Source of the DNA: a bacterium
GTDB taxonomy: Bacteria > Patescibacteriota > Patescibacteriia > UBA9934
Assembly (NCBI GenBank): GCA_043818555.1
Contig: JBDRFP010000019.1
Span: 1-59,862, forward strand
Direction of reading: 5' to 3'
DNA length: 59,862 nt
Within the stretch, counting starts at the first letter, position 1; the number at the start of each line of letters is the position of its first letter. Of this stretch, positions 20,025 through 28,563 are shown in pieces. The notes under the pieces are model-generated. The model was not told where the DNA came from and did not search any database. It was given only the letters and a program-made list of their open reading frames with translations. A program made the position numbers and the translations under genes.

Positions 20025-20929
20025 ATTCGCATCCGATCACGAAGCGCAGAAGCGATTTCGGCCCTGCGATCGTTTTTATGAAATTTAAGCAAGTTGTTTC
20101 GTACTACAACGCAAGTGTCTTCGTTTGCGCGACCGCTTAAATCATCCGGCATCAACTTGCTCTGCAAAGACTCAGCCATGCGCTCCGATATTGGCAAGTA
20201 TGGCAGGCGCCATTTTGACCTAAAACGAGCCTGAAAGCTGCGCTGGCGAAGCTTGGCATTTGGAAGATCGCGCGCAGCCCAAGGATTTTGCAGCATAAAA
20301 TCTTCAAACACACCCGGCTGGCGTTCAAACACCGGAACGAGCGCTCGAATCCACATACTTAGATACGGATCGCTGTTGTCGATCTTCAGTGCTTCAAATC
20401 CAAACGCAGTAGGGTCTGCAAAAAAACTCACATCAACCGCATCACGCCCAGCCTCACCCGGACGCTGACGCATAAGGCGGAGCGGCGTAACAGCAAGAAG
20501 GCGCGCAGTCCAAACCCTGTCCTTGTCGGTAATAATAAACAAGTCAATGTCGCTCTCCGGTTTGGTGTAATGAAAAGCAAGCGTGTTGCAAAGTGCTATT
20601 GCTCGTACTTGAGGAATTCGCGTAAGGAAATTTAAAAGTCGACGAAGTTTTTTATACTTATCGACTGCGTTTAAGAATCGAGCGTGGCGCATGCGTACTT
20701 GATCGCCGACATTTCCATAATTTCCTGACAGACCAAAAAAACCGCTTTGAGACTCAATTTGGTTTTGCAGCCATTCAGATGAACCGAGCGCCCGAACAAC
20801 ATCGTCGAGCCGATATCTCTGACCCGGCCTAAGCATCCACTTCCAAACTTCAAAACTAGTTAACGGATAACCAAAATATGCAAAGTAGGCAATGGTGCGG
20901 TAAATTGATTTTTCTAAGTCAGTGATCAT
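20018..20929 (-). CDS. hypothetical protein, possible nucleotidyltransferase-fold
   Basis: 303-aa ORF with ATG at 20929. SDIDLFIITDKD resembles a minimal nucleotidyltransferase acidic motif. Translationally coupled to the ligase-like gene. Confidence 0.5.
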   Translation of the reverse strand: MITDLEKSIYRTIAYFAYFGYPLTSFEVWKWMLRPGQRYRLDDVVRALGSSEWLQNQIESQSGFFGLSGNYGNVGDQVRMRHARFLNAVDKYKKLRRLLNFLTRIPQVRAIALCNTLAFHYTKPESDIDLFIITDKDRVWTARLLAVTPLRLMRQRPGEAGRDAVDVSFFADPTAFGFEALKIDNSDPYLSMWIRALVPVFERQPGVFEDFMLQNPWAARDLPNAKLRQRSFQARFRSKWRLPYLPISERMAESLQSKLMPDDLSGRANEDTCVVVRNNLLKFHKNDRRAEIASALRDRMRIC

Positions 20930-20937
20930 AACAATTT

Positions 20938-21021
20938 TGTTACAGACCTACGAACTATACGAACCTACAGACCGACAAGCGCAATCAGTTCGTAAGTCTG
21001 TACAGTTTGTAGGTCTGTAAT
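20938..21021. repeat. E-family word hairpin (tacagacctac / gtaggtctgta)
   Basis: ttacagacctacgaactatacgaacctacagacc .. ttcgtaagtctgtacagtttgtaggtctgtaa. A related array lies at 47155-47200. Confidence 0.7.
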
Positions 21022-21028
21022 GGCATCG

Positions 21029-22045
21029 TCACTTGACCCTCAGCAACCGCTTTTCGATGAACGCCCTCCCGCGATCGAGCATTTGCGTAAGGCCAACCAG
21101 GATAAAGATCAAATCTCGTGCGCGAATGATGAGCGCAAACGCAACGGCACTAAGCGGGATTGAAAGCACTGTAAACACTGCCGCAAAACCGCCTTCATAA
21201 ATTCCAAGTCCAGCAGGGACAGGAAGTAGCAGCGCAACGCCAGGCAATGTGGCAACTAAGAATGCTTCAGCAAAACCAAAGCTTACTCCAAGAAAATGCG
21301 CAATGTAGAATACCTCCACAATCCTGAATGCAATCACAAATAATGAAAGAAGTGAAATGCCAACCAGCAGCCAGGGCTTGCCTGAGAGAAACTCGCTCAT
21401 CATGCCTTCGGTCTTTTTCAAACTATTTTCAAAACGCTTAAGCTTGCCAATCCTGTCGATTCTAAAAAATCGTAAAAGCGGAGTAAAAAATAGGCGCCCC
21501 CTGGCGATGATTACAAAAAATGAAATTATAATTGCAAGCGCTACTGCAAGTCCAACCAACACAATTGTAACCGACCCAACTGCAAGCCCGCCAAACATTG
21601 CGAGCGCAACGCCGGCCAGGATGAATGCTATGTAGGCGGCCAGCTCAAAAGCGACGTCGAGCACAACCGAGCTTGTGGCCTGTTTAAGTGGCACGCCCTC
21701 GGAAGCAAGCATAGCAATCCTCACAGGTTCGCCGCCGACCTGCGCGGCCGGAGTAAGGTAGCTTGCGGCGTAGCCACTCATTCGATTCATATACATTCGG
21801 ATAAGTGAAATGTGCTGCGACTTTGGGAGGTGGCGGTTTGTAATAATCTGCCAGCGCCAACTGTAAAAGATGAAGTTGAAAATCGATAAAGCTAAAAAAC
21901 CTAGGAACGGCAAAAAGCCAAATCGAGCAACGTGCTGGCTAATCTCGGCAAAGCCTTCACGATTAATAAGCCAAATAAAAATCGCCACGCCAAAAGCGAA
22001 TGACAATAGGATAAGACTCATTCGGATAGTTCTTGTTTTGATCAT
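21029..22045 (-). CDS. UPF0104 / lysylphosphatidylglycerol-synthase-TM-like (flippase-like) membrane protein
   Basis: About 338 aa with 8 TM segments. The N-terminal pattern FIWLINREGF..I and the RWQ motif fit the family. ATG at 22045 (MIKTRT) is preferred over the longer ORF. Confidence 0.6.
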   Translation of the reverse strand: MIKTRTIRMSLILLSFAFGVAIFIWLINREGFAEISQHVARFGFLPFLGFLALSIFNFIFYSWRWQIITNRHLPKSQHISLIRMYMNRMSGYAASYLTPAAQVGGEPVRIAMLASEGVPLKQATSSVVLDVAFELAAYIAFILAGVALAMFGGLAVGSVTIVLVGLAVALAIIISFFVIIARGRLFFTPLLRFFRIDRIGKLKRFENSLKKTEGMMSEFLSGKPWLLVGISLLSLFVIAFRIVEVFYIAHFLGVSFGFAEAFLVATLPGVALLLPVPAGLGIYEGGFAAVFTVLSIPLSAVAFALIIRARDLIFILVGLTQMLDRGRAFIEKRLLRVK

Positions 22046-22332
22046 GTAGTAGTATTGTAAACCATTCGAGCGTGTAGGCAAAGGAGCCTGCATCTCCTCA
22101 CCGACCTTCCGAGCACGCCTGGCTTTGGTAGAGCAGGAGTCAGGAATTGCATTTTGAACCCATTCGTATCCATTTAAAAACGAATGGAGTCCAAAATGCC
22201 CTGATGTATGCTCTACCTAATGCCGGGCGAGCGCAGGCAGTCGGAAGCAGTTTCTTTTCCCCATTTCTTTGCTGCTTCAAAGAAATGGGGGTGGGGGTCT
22301 GGGGTGGCGCCCCACCCCAGGGGCTTTTCGAA

Positions 22333-22377
22333 GAGATCCCTCGACTCACTGCATTCGCTCGGGATGGCGAGAAGGAC
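22333..22377. repeat. M-family REP-like element (gatccctcgact..tcgctcgggatgg)
   Basis: Shares a 12-mer and a 13-mer with 44772-44810. Related cctgaggagctc words lie at 14567-14578 and 51921-51932. Confidence 0.6.
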
Positions 22378-22468
22378 TCGAGATGGCGAGGGGTCATGCG
22401 ATCACAGAAACGGACATAAAAAACAGAGCCTTTCGACTCTGCTTGTTGCTACTGGATACTGACTACTT

Positions 22469-23212
22469 CTACTGGCTACTCTCGCTTTTCTCCTCCTTCG
22501 GCACTTTCAAAAATATCGAATAAAGCCCCACAGTTAACACCGTTGTCGCAAGCCAATAGAGCATTACTCCGCCAGGCAAAGAAGTTGAACCAATCATTAA
22601 CGTAATCGCCGGCATAAAGTAGAGCATCATTTTGTTCATTGACGCCATCATGTCTTCATCCTTTGCGCCCTCCTGATTTCGAAGCGACTTCATCGGCCGC
22701 TGGGTCATGGTCTTTTTAACTTGCACATACTGAGCAATGGCTGCGAGCACGGCAAGAGGAATTGAAATAAGCGACAAGTCTATTATTCCAAACGAAACCG
22801 GATTGATCATCTCAGGAGCCTGCACGAAGCTGTACAGGATGTCGGTGTGGACTTCGCCAAGTCCGTCGCGGAGCACGCGGAACAGCGCAATAAAAATCGG
22901 CAGCTGAATTAGAAGCGGCAGACACGAAGCAAGCGGATTCACATTGTGATCCTTGTACACAGACATTAATTCCTGAGCCATTTTTTCCTTGTCGTCCTTG
23001 TACTGTTCGCGAAGCTCTTTAATTTTTGGCTGTATGACCTGCATGTCCCGCTGAGACTTTAGCGATTTGTAAGTGAGCGGAAACAGGATCCCTTTTACGA
23101 TCAGTGTGATAGTAATGATCGCGAGTCCAATGTCGGCCACTGGCAAAACATCGTAGAGCCAAACAAGAAGGTTATAGAGCGGGATGTAAAAGATGGTGTT
23201 GAAAATTTCCAT
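22469..23212 (-). CDS. yidC: membrane protein insertase YidC (short form)
   Basis: 247 aa. The YidC/Oxa1 core is present (PLTYKSLKSQRDMQVIQPKIKELREQYKDD, NPLASCLPLLIQLPIFIALF). Confidence 0.9.
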   Translation of the reverse strand: MEIFNTIFYIPLYNLLVWLYDVLPVADIGLAIITITLIVKGILFPLTYKSLKSQRDMQVIQPKIKELREQYKDDKEKMAQELMSVYKDHNVNPLASCLPLLIQLPIFIALFRVLRDGLGEVHTDILYSFVQAPEMINPVSFGIIDLSLISIPLAVLAAIAQYVQVKKTMTQRPMKSLRNQEGAKDEDMMASMNKMMLYFMPAITLMIGSTSLPGGVMLYWLATTVLTVGLYSIFLKVPKEEKSESSQ

Positions 23213-23214
23213 AT

Positions 23215-24639
23215 TTATTTGTCTTCGCCTTGATCATCTTCGACTTTTGAGTCATCGTCATTGTCGCTGTCATCGTCCTTGACCTCCTCGCCTTCTGCAA
23301 TAACCTCTTCGCTTGTCGATATAACCTCCGCGTCCTCAGACTTAACCTCTTCGTCTGACATGATAACCTCTTCGCTTTCTGGCTTAACCTCCTCGTCCTT
23401 AACTCCCGCCTCACCATCTCCCTTCACGCTCACCTTCAACCCAACCAACTTGGCTGCAAGGCGAACATTCTGACCTCCCCGGCCAATAGCAAGCGAAAGC
23501 TGGTCTTCCGCAACTTCTGCGGTTGCCATTCCGGATGCATCATCAACAACTACGCTCTTTACTTTCGCAGGCGCAAGAGCTGCGGCAATAAATTCCTTAG
23601 GATCATCGCTCCATTCAATAACATCAATTTTTTCTCCCCCCAGTTCGTGGATGATTGTCTGAATGCGCACGCCGCGCTGGCCAATACAGGCGCCGATCGG
23701 ATCGATTGACTCATCGGTTGAAGCCACGGCAACTTTGGATCGCGACCCTGCTTCGCGGGCAATGCCCTTAATCTCCACAATGCCGTCGGCTACTTCGGGA
23801 ATTTCAACCTCGAAAAGAACCTGCACCAATTCACCGCTTGTTCTTGAAAGTGAAATCTGCGGTCCTCGTGTGCCAAGCGCAACTTCGCGCACAAACACTT
23901 TAATACGGTCGCCAGCGTTGTAGCGCTCGCCAGGAATTTGGTCATCCGGAGCAAGTATGCCAACGGTGCGGCCAATGTCGACAAGGACTACCCGTCCCTC
24001 ACGGCGCTGGACTGTGCCAATCAACACCTCGCCCTCCTGTTCCTTGTACTGACTAAAAATGATCTCGCGCTCGGCTTCGCGGAGCTTTTGTGTAATCACC
24101 TGTTTTGCGGTCATTGCGGCCATTCGCCCGAACTCGCCCGGAAGCGGCAGGTCTGTGCGAATAACATCGCCAATCTCCGCTCCGCTTTTTAGCACCTTGG
24201 CGTCAGAAATCATGATGTCGGTCTTTGGATTGAACTTTGGACCTTCATCTTCTAACTCTCCGTCCAGCTTGGTTTCAGAGGCTTCATTGGTTTCAGCTGT
24301 TCCCCTTTCACCTTTTTTTACTTTTTTCACCTCTCCAAAATCGAACCCCTTCTCCCTCGCCGACTTTTGAGCTTCAATCTCAGCCGCCTCCTCTGCCTGC
24401 ATCTCTCTCATCTTTTCAATCTCCTCTTCAGGAAGATCTTCAACAACGATTTTGACGTCTTCGAGTTTTACTTCGCCTGTTGATGGGTCGAACTCAGCTT
24501 CAATATTCTGAAGCTTGTTGCCATAGTCTTTTCTGTAAGCCGCGGCGAGCGCTGACTCGATTGTTTCGAGCACAGCTTCGTAGCTAAGACCTTTCTCTTC
24601 GCAAATTTGTTTTATTGCTGCTTCGATGTCAGATGCCAT
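23215..24639 (-). CDS. nusA: transcription termination/antitermination factor NusA with acidic low-complexity C-terminal tail
   Basis: S1 and KH regions are present (GEVLIGTVQRREGRVVLVDIG, DPIGACIGQRGVRIQ, LAIGRGGQNVRLA). ATG at 24639 (MASDIEAAIKQ). The last ~70 aa are EEV-rich repeats. Confidence 0.9.
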   Translation of the reverse strand: MASDIEAAIKQICEEKGLSYEAVLETIESALAAAYRKDYGNKLQNIEAEFDPSTGEVKLEDVKIVVEDLPEEEIEKMREMQAEEAAEIEAQKSAREKGFDFGEVKKVKKGERGTAETNEASETKLDGELEDEGPKFNPKTDIMISDAKVLKSGAEIGDVIRTDLPLPGEFGRMAAMTAKQVITQKLREAEREIIFSQYKEQEGEVLIGTVQRREGRVVLVDIGRTVGILAPDDQIPGERYNAGDRIKVFVREVALGTRGPQISLSRTSGELVQVLFEVEIPEVADGIVEIKGIAREAGSRSKVAVASTDESIDPIGACIGQRGVRIQTIIHELGGEKIDVIEWSDDPKEFIAAALAPAKVKSVVVDDASGMATAEVAEDQLSLAIGRGGQNVRLAAKLVGLKVSVKGDGEAGVKDEEVKPESEEVIMSDEEVKSEDAEVISTSEEVIAEGEEVKDDDSDNDDDSKVEDDQGEDK

Positions 24640-24765
24640 AAAATTATAAGTTAGAATTTGAAATTTAGAAGTTAGAATTGGTCTACTTAAGCAAGTAACT
24701 CGGCAAAAGCCGAGTCCAATAGTCAAAAAGATGATAACATGGCTTTTTGATTTTGGCAAGCGGGG

Positions 24766-24794
24766 TTGACAAAAACCCGGGTTTATGATAAATA
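24766..24794 (+). promoter_or_regulatory. sigma70-like promoter of cassette I3
   Basis: TTGACA (24766-24771), 17-nt spacer containing the palindrome aaacccgggttt, then TGaTAAATA (extended -10). AAGGAG SD at 24811-24816. Confidence 0.6.
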
Positions 24795-24821
24795 TCACCC
24801 GCACCTTAACAAGGAGACAGC

Positions 24822-25508
24822 ATGGAAATCCGCGCATACCTCAAAGAAGCGTCGTTTGGAGACCTGGAACACCGGCTCTACATCAACGGCATTCAAGTTC
24901 ATCTTGACTTAGGCCGACACTATGTGGTGATCAGCGGACCCGACCATCACGTTCCCAGAGTCCTCCGTGAGCACATCACGCATGCGACCTGCATGGCAAA
25001 GGTCGAAGTTCCCAGCTTCGTACCCAGACGAGCATTCTACGATGGGAATAACTGGAATGCCGAGGTGATGAAAGATGGAGACCGGCTAATCCTGGAGTTC
25101 TATGGGGTAACCGTGCGCAAACTACTATATGGCTGGGGTTATGTCCTCTCCGGCGAGTACGACAAGCATGCCGAGATCGCCGGGATCGACCAAGAGCTCG
25201 CGGAGAAAAAGCGCCAACTCGCCGATGTGTGTCGCGAGATCAAGATGGCCGACGAACTGCTCGAGGCTGTACGTGCCAACCTTGTCGACGCCAAGGTGGT
25301 CGGTAGCTCTACTGGCAAGGTCGACCGGATACCGCTGACCGATGAACAGAAAGCGAAACTTGGACGTCTGCGAACGGTGCTCGAAAACCGTGACTCCGAC
25401 ATCATCGAAAGTATCCGTCATCTCATGATGAATGTGTGCGATTGCGGATCTTTCCCTACGGGAAGCCTGCTCAAAGACCTGTGCCTACTGGTCGACGAGA
25501 ACCTCTAG
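24822..25508 (+). CDS. hypothetical protein (GC-rich cassette I3)
   Basis: 228-aa ORF with ATG 6 nt after AAGGAG. Codons are GC3-rich. A coiled-coil-like middle region is present (QELAEKKRQLADVCREIKMADELLEAV). No family recognised. Confidence 0.7.
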   Translation: MEIRAYLKEASFGDLEHRLYINGIQVHLDLGRHYVVISGPDHHVPRVLREHITHATCMAKVEVPSFVPRRAFYDGNNWNAEVMKDGDRLILEFYGVTVRKLLYGWGYVLSGEYDKHAEIAGIDQELAEKKRQLADVCREIKMADELLEAVRANLVDAKVVGSSTGKVDRIPLTDEQKAKLGRLRTVLENRDSDIIESIRHLMMNVCDCGSFPTGSLLKDLCLLVDENL

Positions 25509-25523
25509 TCGTCCGAACCTAAA

Positions 25524-25560
25524 CCCCGCATCGAGCTAAGCTCGACGCGGGGATTTTATT
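25524..25560 (+). terminator. terminator of cassette I3
   Basis: ccccgcatcgagc-taa-gctcgacgcgggg hairpin followed by attttattttt. Confidence 0.75.
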
Positions 25561-25567
25561 TTTCTTC

Positions 25568-25690
25568 ATTTCGTTCCCCACTTTTCAAAGGGGGATTAAA
25601 GGGGTGTTACTTGCTTTTAAGCGCTCCGCGATCGCATATCGGTAAACGCTAACCTCCCCTAACCCCTCCTTGAAAAGGAGGGGAGAACAT
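25568..25690. repeat. K-family elements, inverted pair (copies 2 and 3)
   Basis: 25568-25610 reads atttcgttccccacttttcaaagggggattaaaggggtgttac. 25650-25690 is the same element inverted (taacctcccctaacccctccttgaaaaggaggggagaac). Confidence 0.7.
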
Positions 25691-25694
25691 TTTA

Positions 25695-26048
25695 TCAACC
25701 TCCAACACCCTCCAAGTGGACAACCTCAAACGGATCATACACAATCGCGACAACATCAACTCGATATGGCACCCGCTTAAGATCGTTGACCGATAAATAC
25801 TGCTCGCCAACAGTTATTATCTTCTTGAGTTTCGCCGTGGTCACCGACTCTTCCGGGTATCCATAGTCAACACCGTGTCGAGCTTTCACCTCAACAAAAA
25901 CGATCTCATTGCCATCACGCGCAATAAGATCGACTTCTCCAATATTTGTTTTAAACTGCCGCTCCAGGATTTTAAATCCTTTTTCTTCGAGCATCTTGGC
26001 CGCTAGATCCTCTGCCTTGTCTCCAAATTTGCGTCGATCGTCGATCAT
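25695..26048 (-). CDS. yraN: YraN-family (UPF0102) endonuclease-like protein
   Basis: GEVDLIARDGNEIVFVEVKAR is the family signature. ATG at 26048; an alternative GTG at 26054 lies inside a B-family word. Confidence 0.8.
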   Translation of the reverse strand: MIDDRRKFGDKAEDLAAKMLEEKGFKILERQFKTNIGEVDLIARDGNEIVFVEVKARHGVDYGYPEESVTTAKLKKIITVGEQYLSVNDLKRVPYRVDVVAIVYDPFEVVHLEGVGG

Positions 26049-26082
26049 AATCACTCAATCGCTTAGCCATTCAATCACTCGA

Positions 26083-26493
26083 TCACTTTTTATTCTTCCG
26101 AGGCAAATACTTATTATACTCCGACCTCTTTGACTCCTCTTCTTTAATCTGCGGTACGATCACGCGCGCATAACGAATTATCATTACCAGCCAGTAGATT
26201 ACCCCGAACAACCAAACCAGGAACCAGAACCGGGCGCCGAGCAAATAGATCCCCTCAAATGTAAAGAAGAACCATGCCATGCCGAGTATCCCCATTGTTA
26301 TCAACATGCGACCGGCACTCTGGAAAGTCTTTTTTAAATGGCGGTCATCTTTTCTGTGGCGAGCGACAATGCGTACGACTGCGCCAATTATGACCATGAG
26401 GCCGAAGACCAGAAAAAATATCCGCTCGCTGGTAGCGGTAAGCGCTGTTGGCTCCATTGCAAACCAGAAGCCGAGTGTGAATAGATTGGACAT
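26083..26493 (-). CDS. hypothetical membrane protein
   Basis: 136 aa with 4 predicted TM helices and a basic C-terminus. No family recognised. Confidence 0.55.
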   Translation of the reverse strand: MSNLFTLGFWFAMEPTALTATSERIFFLVFGLMVIIGAVVRIVARHRKDDRHLKKTFQSAGRMLITMGILGMAWFFFTFEGIYLLGARFWFLVWLFGVIYWLVMIIRYARVIVPQIKEEESKRSEYNKYLPRKNKK

Positions 26494-26562
26494 ATTGAGA
26501 AACGGAGTAAGTAGTTAGTAGGAACTAGGTGATTACGATCTTAAAGCTCGCAACCGATTTCG

Positions 26563-27102
26563 TCAAGCGAAAGCGAAGATTAGACCCCAGTGGTGGTCGC
26601 CTGGGCTGAACTCGTCGACCATGAAGCATTTGTGCCGGCGGAACAGTGCCTCTGCAAGCGGCGGGTCGATTCTTTGCTCAGGCGCGAGCGGGTGTCTTGA
26701 TGATTTTGACCAGTCCACCATAATGACTCGTCCGGTTGGTTTTAGAAGTCTTCGAAGCTCTTTTACCATCTCACCCGGTTGACGCAGGCACCACATATTG
26801 TTCACCACGAACGCGTAATCAAGTGTGCCCTCATCAATACCAACTCCACCGCAACGCTCAAAATCGCCACGGACCGGCATCACATTTGAGTAACCGTGAA
26901 GACCTGCGCGCGAGCCCACCATAGAAAGTACAGCCGGGACCAAATCGACCGCATACACGCAACCTTCGCCTGCAACAGCTTGTGCGAGCGGCAAAACTAA
27001 ATGCCCGGTACGGCTCGGCCCAAATTCGGCCACATGCATACCTGGCTCAATGTTGATCGCGTCTAAAATTGACGCTGGATCTAAAAGTGAGTTGCCTGTC
27101 AT
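26563..27102 (-). CDS. class I SAM-dependent methyltransferase
   Basis: Motif I-like HVAEFGPSRTG and post-I/III LKPTGRVIMVDW. ATG at 27102, with an alternative TTG at 27111. Confidence 0.65.
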   Translation of the reverse strand: MTGNSLLDPASILDAINIEPGMHVAEFGPSRTGHLVLPLAQAVAGEGCVYAVDLVPAVLSMVGSRAGLHGYSNVMPVRGDFERCGGVGIDEGTLDYAFVVNNMWCLRQPGEMVKELRRLLKPTGRVIMVDWSKSSRHPLAPEQRIDPPLAEALFRRHKCFMVDEFSPGDHHWGLIFAFA

Positions 27103-27141
27103 ATTAGTCAAAAGTCTAAAGTCAGAAAGTCTAAAATCCCC

Positions 27142-27387
27142 CTAACGCTGTACGAGTGGCCCGAGCACCCACAGGATAAAATTGTCCCAAAGGTCGGTAA
27201 CTACCAATAGGCCGATTACGGCGATTGCTATACCTAGAAGTTTAAGAAAAAATCTTGTGCCGCCTCCGCCAAAGAATTTTTCAGCAAAGGCAACCCGTCC
27301 AATCATGGAAAGGAACCATGGAGTTTTGAAAACCATTAGGACTCCGAGCGCGGCAACTAATAGGCCGATAATAATGCGTCCGATCAT
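27142..27387 (-). CDS. small membrane protein
   Basis: 81 aa with 3 hydrophobic helices and an ATG start. No family recognised. Confidence 0.5.
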   Translation of the reverse strand: MIGRIIIGLLVAALGVLMVFKTPWFLSMIGRVAFAEKFFGGGGTRFFLKLLGIAIAVIGLLVVTDLWDNFILWVLGPLVQR

Positions 27388-27397
27388 ATTTTGTGAT

Positions 27398-27539
27398 TAA
27401 TGACCAAGGCCCGAATAACCAACCCCCAATAAATTCCCAATGTCCAATCCTCCAATTTTCGATCACACGCCAGTGCCCATCAATTGGTCATTAGGTATTG
27501 GATATTCATTGGTCATTGGGTTCTTGTGAATTGGTCATT
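27398..27539. repeat. A-family CCAAT/ATTGG palindromic element, copy A1
   Basis: The left arm is rich in ccaat words. The right arm is caattggtcattaggtattggatattcattggtcattgggttcttgtgaattggtcatt, which is conserved in A2-A5. Confidence 0.8.
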
Positions 27540-27625
27540 TTTACTTTCTCCCATTATGCCACGAATCGTCAGTTGGTAAAAGTCGGACATCATTAAAACC
27601 CCCAACGCGAGGTCGGAGGTTTTAA

Positions 27626-27702
27626 TGGTGGGCGTTGCAGGACTCGAACCTGCGACATCTTCCTTGTAAGGGAAGCGCTCTAGCCAACTGAGCTAAACGC
27701 CC
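27626..27702 (-). tRNA. tRNA-Val (anticodon TAC)
   Basis: Cloverleaf folded by hand. Acceptor gggcgtt/aacgccc, anticodon loop cTTACaa, T-loop ttcgagt, encoded CCA. Confidence 0.9.
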
Positions 27703-27822
27703 GCGTTTATCGCTAATCGACATTTCATCTTGCGGCAACACAATAACATATCTCCTCCGAAATGTCAATATCGCCCTCTATTCGTTGGTAGACGCTTTCA
27801 CCTTGAGGAGCAATGTCATATA

Positions 27823-28470
27823 ATGGATGATATGAGTAAGCCAAAGGGTAAAGTGAAAATTGAGTGGTCCCCTAATTTTGCGTATGCTATTGGATTATTG
27901 GTAACTGACGGTAGTCTGTCGTGCGATAGGCGTCATATTGACTTTACATCTAAGGACATCGAACTCATTAATCACATACAAAAAGCGCTCTGTATCCAAA
28001 ACAAGGTTGGCACAAAGGGTAGTGGACCTGATAAAACAAATAGATACTTCCGAGTCCAAATTGGCGACGTGTTGTTCTATCGATTTCTTGAAAAGACAGG
28101 TCTGACGCCAAACAAATCAAAAACCATCTCCGCGATTCAAGTTCCAAATGAATATTTTTTCGACTTCTTGCGTGGGTGCCTTGATGGCGATGGATGTTTC
28201 TACTCTTATTGGGATATGCGCTGGAGGTCAAGCTTTATGTTCTACACGGTATTTTGCTCTGCAAGTAAAGCGCACATAAACTGGCTGCAACAGGAAATCG
28301 AAACGCGCCTTAGAATCAAGGGCCATGTCTCCAAGGCTAAATCGCAATCAGTGTACCAGCTTAAGTACGCAAAGGCTGAGACCTTGACACTTTTACCTGT
28401 TTTGTATTATTCTTCTGACGTTCTCTGCTTAACGCGCAAACGCGAAAAGATAGAAAACGTGTTAGCTTAA
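27823..28470 (+). CDS. free-standing LAGLIDADG homing endonuclease
   Basis: Two LAGLIDADG motifs (YAIGLLVTDGSL and FLRGCLDGDGCF), giving a double-motif monomeric enzyme. ATG at 27823 is preferred. Lies between tRNA-Val and tRNA-Leu. Confidence 0.85.
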   Translation: MDDMSKPKGKVKIEWSPNFAYAIGLLVTDGSLSCDRRHIDFTSKDIELINHIQKALCIQNKVGTKGSGPDKTNRYFRVQIGDVLFYRFLEKTGLTPNKSKTISAIQVPNEYFFDFLRGCLDGDGCFYSYWDMRWRSSFMFYTVFCSASKAHINWLQQEIETRLRIKGHVSKAKSQSVYQLKYAKAETLTLLPVLYYSSDVLCLTRKREKIENVLA

Positions 28471-28476
28471 TAGAAA

Positions 28477-28563
28477 GCGCGAGTGGTGAAATTGGTATAC
28501 ACGCCAGCTTGAGGGGCTGGTGGGAGCAATCCCGTGGAGGTTCGAGTCCTCTCTCGCGCACCA
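28477..28563 (+). tRNA. tRNA-Leu (anticodon GAG)
   Basis: Class II tRNA with a long variable arm. Acceptor gcgcgag/ctcgcgc, anticodon loop ttGAGgg, encoded CCA. Confidence 0.9.
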
